Source of the DNA: Syncephalis fuscata S228
Lineage: Eukaryota > Fungi > Zoopagomycota
Reading direction: 5' to 3'
Assembly: GCA_025786725.1 (NCBI GenBank)
Contig: JAHLTZ010000007.1
Coordinates: forward strand, 186,001 to 250,000
DNA length: 64,000 bases
Shown: one piece after another, positions 62,250-64,000 of the stretch
Position numbering within the stretch: position 1 is the stretch's first letter
Layout: each line of letters starts with the position of its first letter
The notes under the pieces: model-generated
What the model was told of the DNA's origin: nothing
Seen by the model: the letters and a program-made list of their open reading frames with translations, nothing else
Database searches by the model: none
Program-made: the position numbers and the translations under genes

Positions 62250-63602
62250 ATGTCGACTGTTTTGGAACAACTTAAGCAATACACTACGGTAGTTGCTGAT
62301 ACCGGTGACTTTGAGAGTAAGTTGTATTCTAACTACTGAAGAGATCTTTAATAAACATCTTTATTGGCGTGCATGTTGTAAATAGGCATTGCTCAATACA
62401 AGCCAACGGACGCTACTACCAATCCTTCGTTGATTCTCGCAGCAACGAAAAAGGAAAAGTATGCTCCATTGGTGGAACAGGCAGTTGAATTTGGCAAGCA
62501 ACGTGGCAGGTAAGTTGATGGATAGATATAGCATAGTGACGTGCCAATAATCTTAACGATTCATTGATGACAGCACGGCTGCTGAGAAGGTCGACTGGGC
62601 CATGGATAAACTAGTAAGATAAAAATTAATCAAGCAATTATGTTTATACCAACAATCATTATATTGGTTAATAGTTGATTAACTTTGGTGTTGAAATCCT
62701 TAAACTGGTTCCAGGCCGTGTATCAACCGAAGTGGATGCTCAGTAAGCACTACAATGGATAGATTATGACAATTCACTAATGTTATTGCTAGTTTGTCCT
62801 TCAACAAGCAAGCAACCATTGACAAGGCATTGCGCCTAATTAAGCTATATGAAGAAGTCAATATTCCCAAAGAACGCATTCTTATTAAAATTGCTTCAAC
62901 TTGGGAGGGTAAGTTACGAGGCAAGCCATACAGCTACATTTTATTAATGATTTTTATAGGTATCCAGGCCGCACACGAACTCGAGACGAAACACGGCATC
63001 CACTGCAATCTTACATTGCTATTCTCCTTTGCCCAAGCAGTTGCTTGTGCCGAGGCCGGTGTTACTTTAATCTCACCATTTGTCGGTCGTATCTTGGACT
63101 GGTACAAGAAGCAAACAGGCAAGGATTACGCTGATCCAGAAACAGATCCAGGCGTTGTTTCTGTACGTCGCATCTATAACTACTACAAGGCCCACGGCTA
63201 CAATACCATTGTGATGGGTGCCAGTTTCCGTAATACCGGTGAGATCCACGCACTTGCCGGCTGCGACTACCTTACTATTTCACCAGCTCTACTTGAAGAT
63301 TTGAACAATGCGCAAACAAACTTGCCACGTTTATTGTCTCCAGAAAAAGGTAATATATTGATAAGCAAAATGATTTATTTTAAACTATGAGCTAATCATT
63401 AAACTATAACATAATAATAATGATGATAATAATAATAGCTGCTGCTCAAGCTGATGCAAAGATCCATCTGAATGAAGCTACCTTCCGCTGGCAGCTTAAC
63501 GAAGATCCTATGGCCACTGAAAAGCTGAGCGAAGGTATCCGCAAATTTGCCGAAGATGCCACCAAATTGTCCGATGATTTGCTAGCCAGGGTCAATGCTT
63601 AG
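62250..63602 (+). CDS. TAL1: Transaldolase, 7 exons
   Basis: [89 protein letters not shown]. Confidence 0.98.
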
Positions 63603-64000
63603 ACACAGTGATGCTATTACCGACAGGTTAACGCGTTTATTTAGTCTGTTTTTAATAAAGGATAGACTATTTAACACAACAGTGCATTATTATTAGTAGC
63701 CATTACTTATTTACTAATTGCTCATTTGAACTTTTAATATTGGATCATTATACGTTATTTATATTAAATTTTATCAATGATTTTATCAAATCTAATATAT
63801 ATATATTACCGAAATCACAATAATTTAATCAAAGAATATTCAAATATTTCATCGTTTAATTGCCACCACTTTTCCCCGAAACCATTTGACGAATCTAAAT
63901 AAACACGGTTATTTATCAATAAACAATGGATGTGCTAATAAGCTACAACTTACACGCTTATACTTTTTTGTAGGAAAATTTGGTGCCACTTCAATAGCTT

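Noticed and set aside
1-64000. U12-type introns, CRISPR arrays, rRNA/tRNA genes, intact transposase or reverse transcriptase
   Set aside because: No RTATCCTT donors at inferred junctions, no regularly spaced repeats, and no such coding motifs found by manual reading; a covariance-model or HMM scan would be needed to exclude them fully.

Overview
AT-rich, gene-dense eukaryotic nuclear DNA with short (~50-90 nt) GT-AG introns and CTAAY branch points. It looks like an early-diverging fungus (Zoopagomycota/Mucoromycota-like; this is an inference, not a database match). I can support about 23 protein-coding genes, several missed or fragmented by the ORF track: ceramide synthase, Cid1-family terminal nucleotidyltransferase, RPS21, F-box protein, NOP16, M28 membrane protease, RPB6, a stand-alone EXD2-type HNH protein, SOD1, meiotic HOP1, rhomboid protease, a PY-motif membrane protein, Swt1-like PIN protein, MED10, a kinase with degenerate FHA, Gfo/Idh/MocA oxidoreductase, a family I.5/I.6-like lipase, a divergent ornithine decarboxylase, Tudor-SN, TMEM234, transaldolase and two hypotheticals. 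There is also an unannotated LaeA-like methyltransferase pseudogene, an old dispersed repeat family (4 copies) and a MITE-like fold-back. Many genes carry single-base indels, most likely consensus errors. I found no tRNA, rRNA or CRISPR array, and no convincing novel multi-gene system. The best leads are the stand-alone HNH gene, the microexon-built non-RD kinase, the repeat family occupying promoters, and the divergent ODC. All homology calls are from motif recall and manual splicing; no searches were run.
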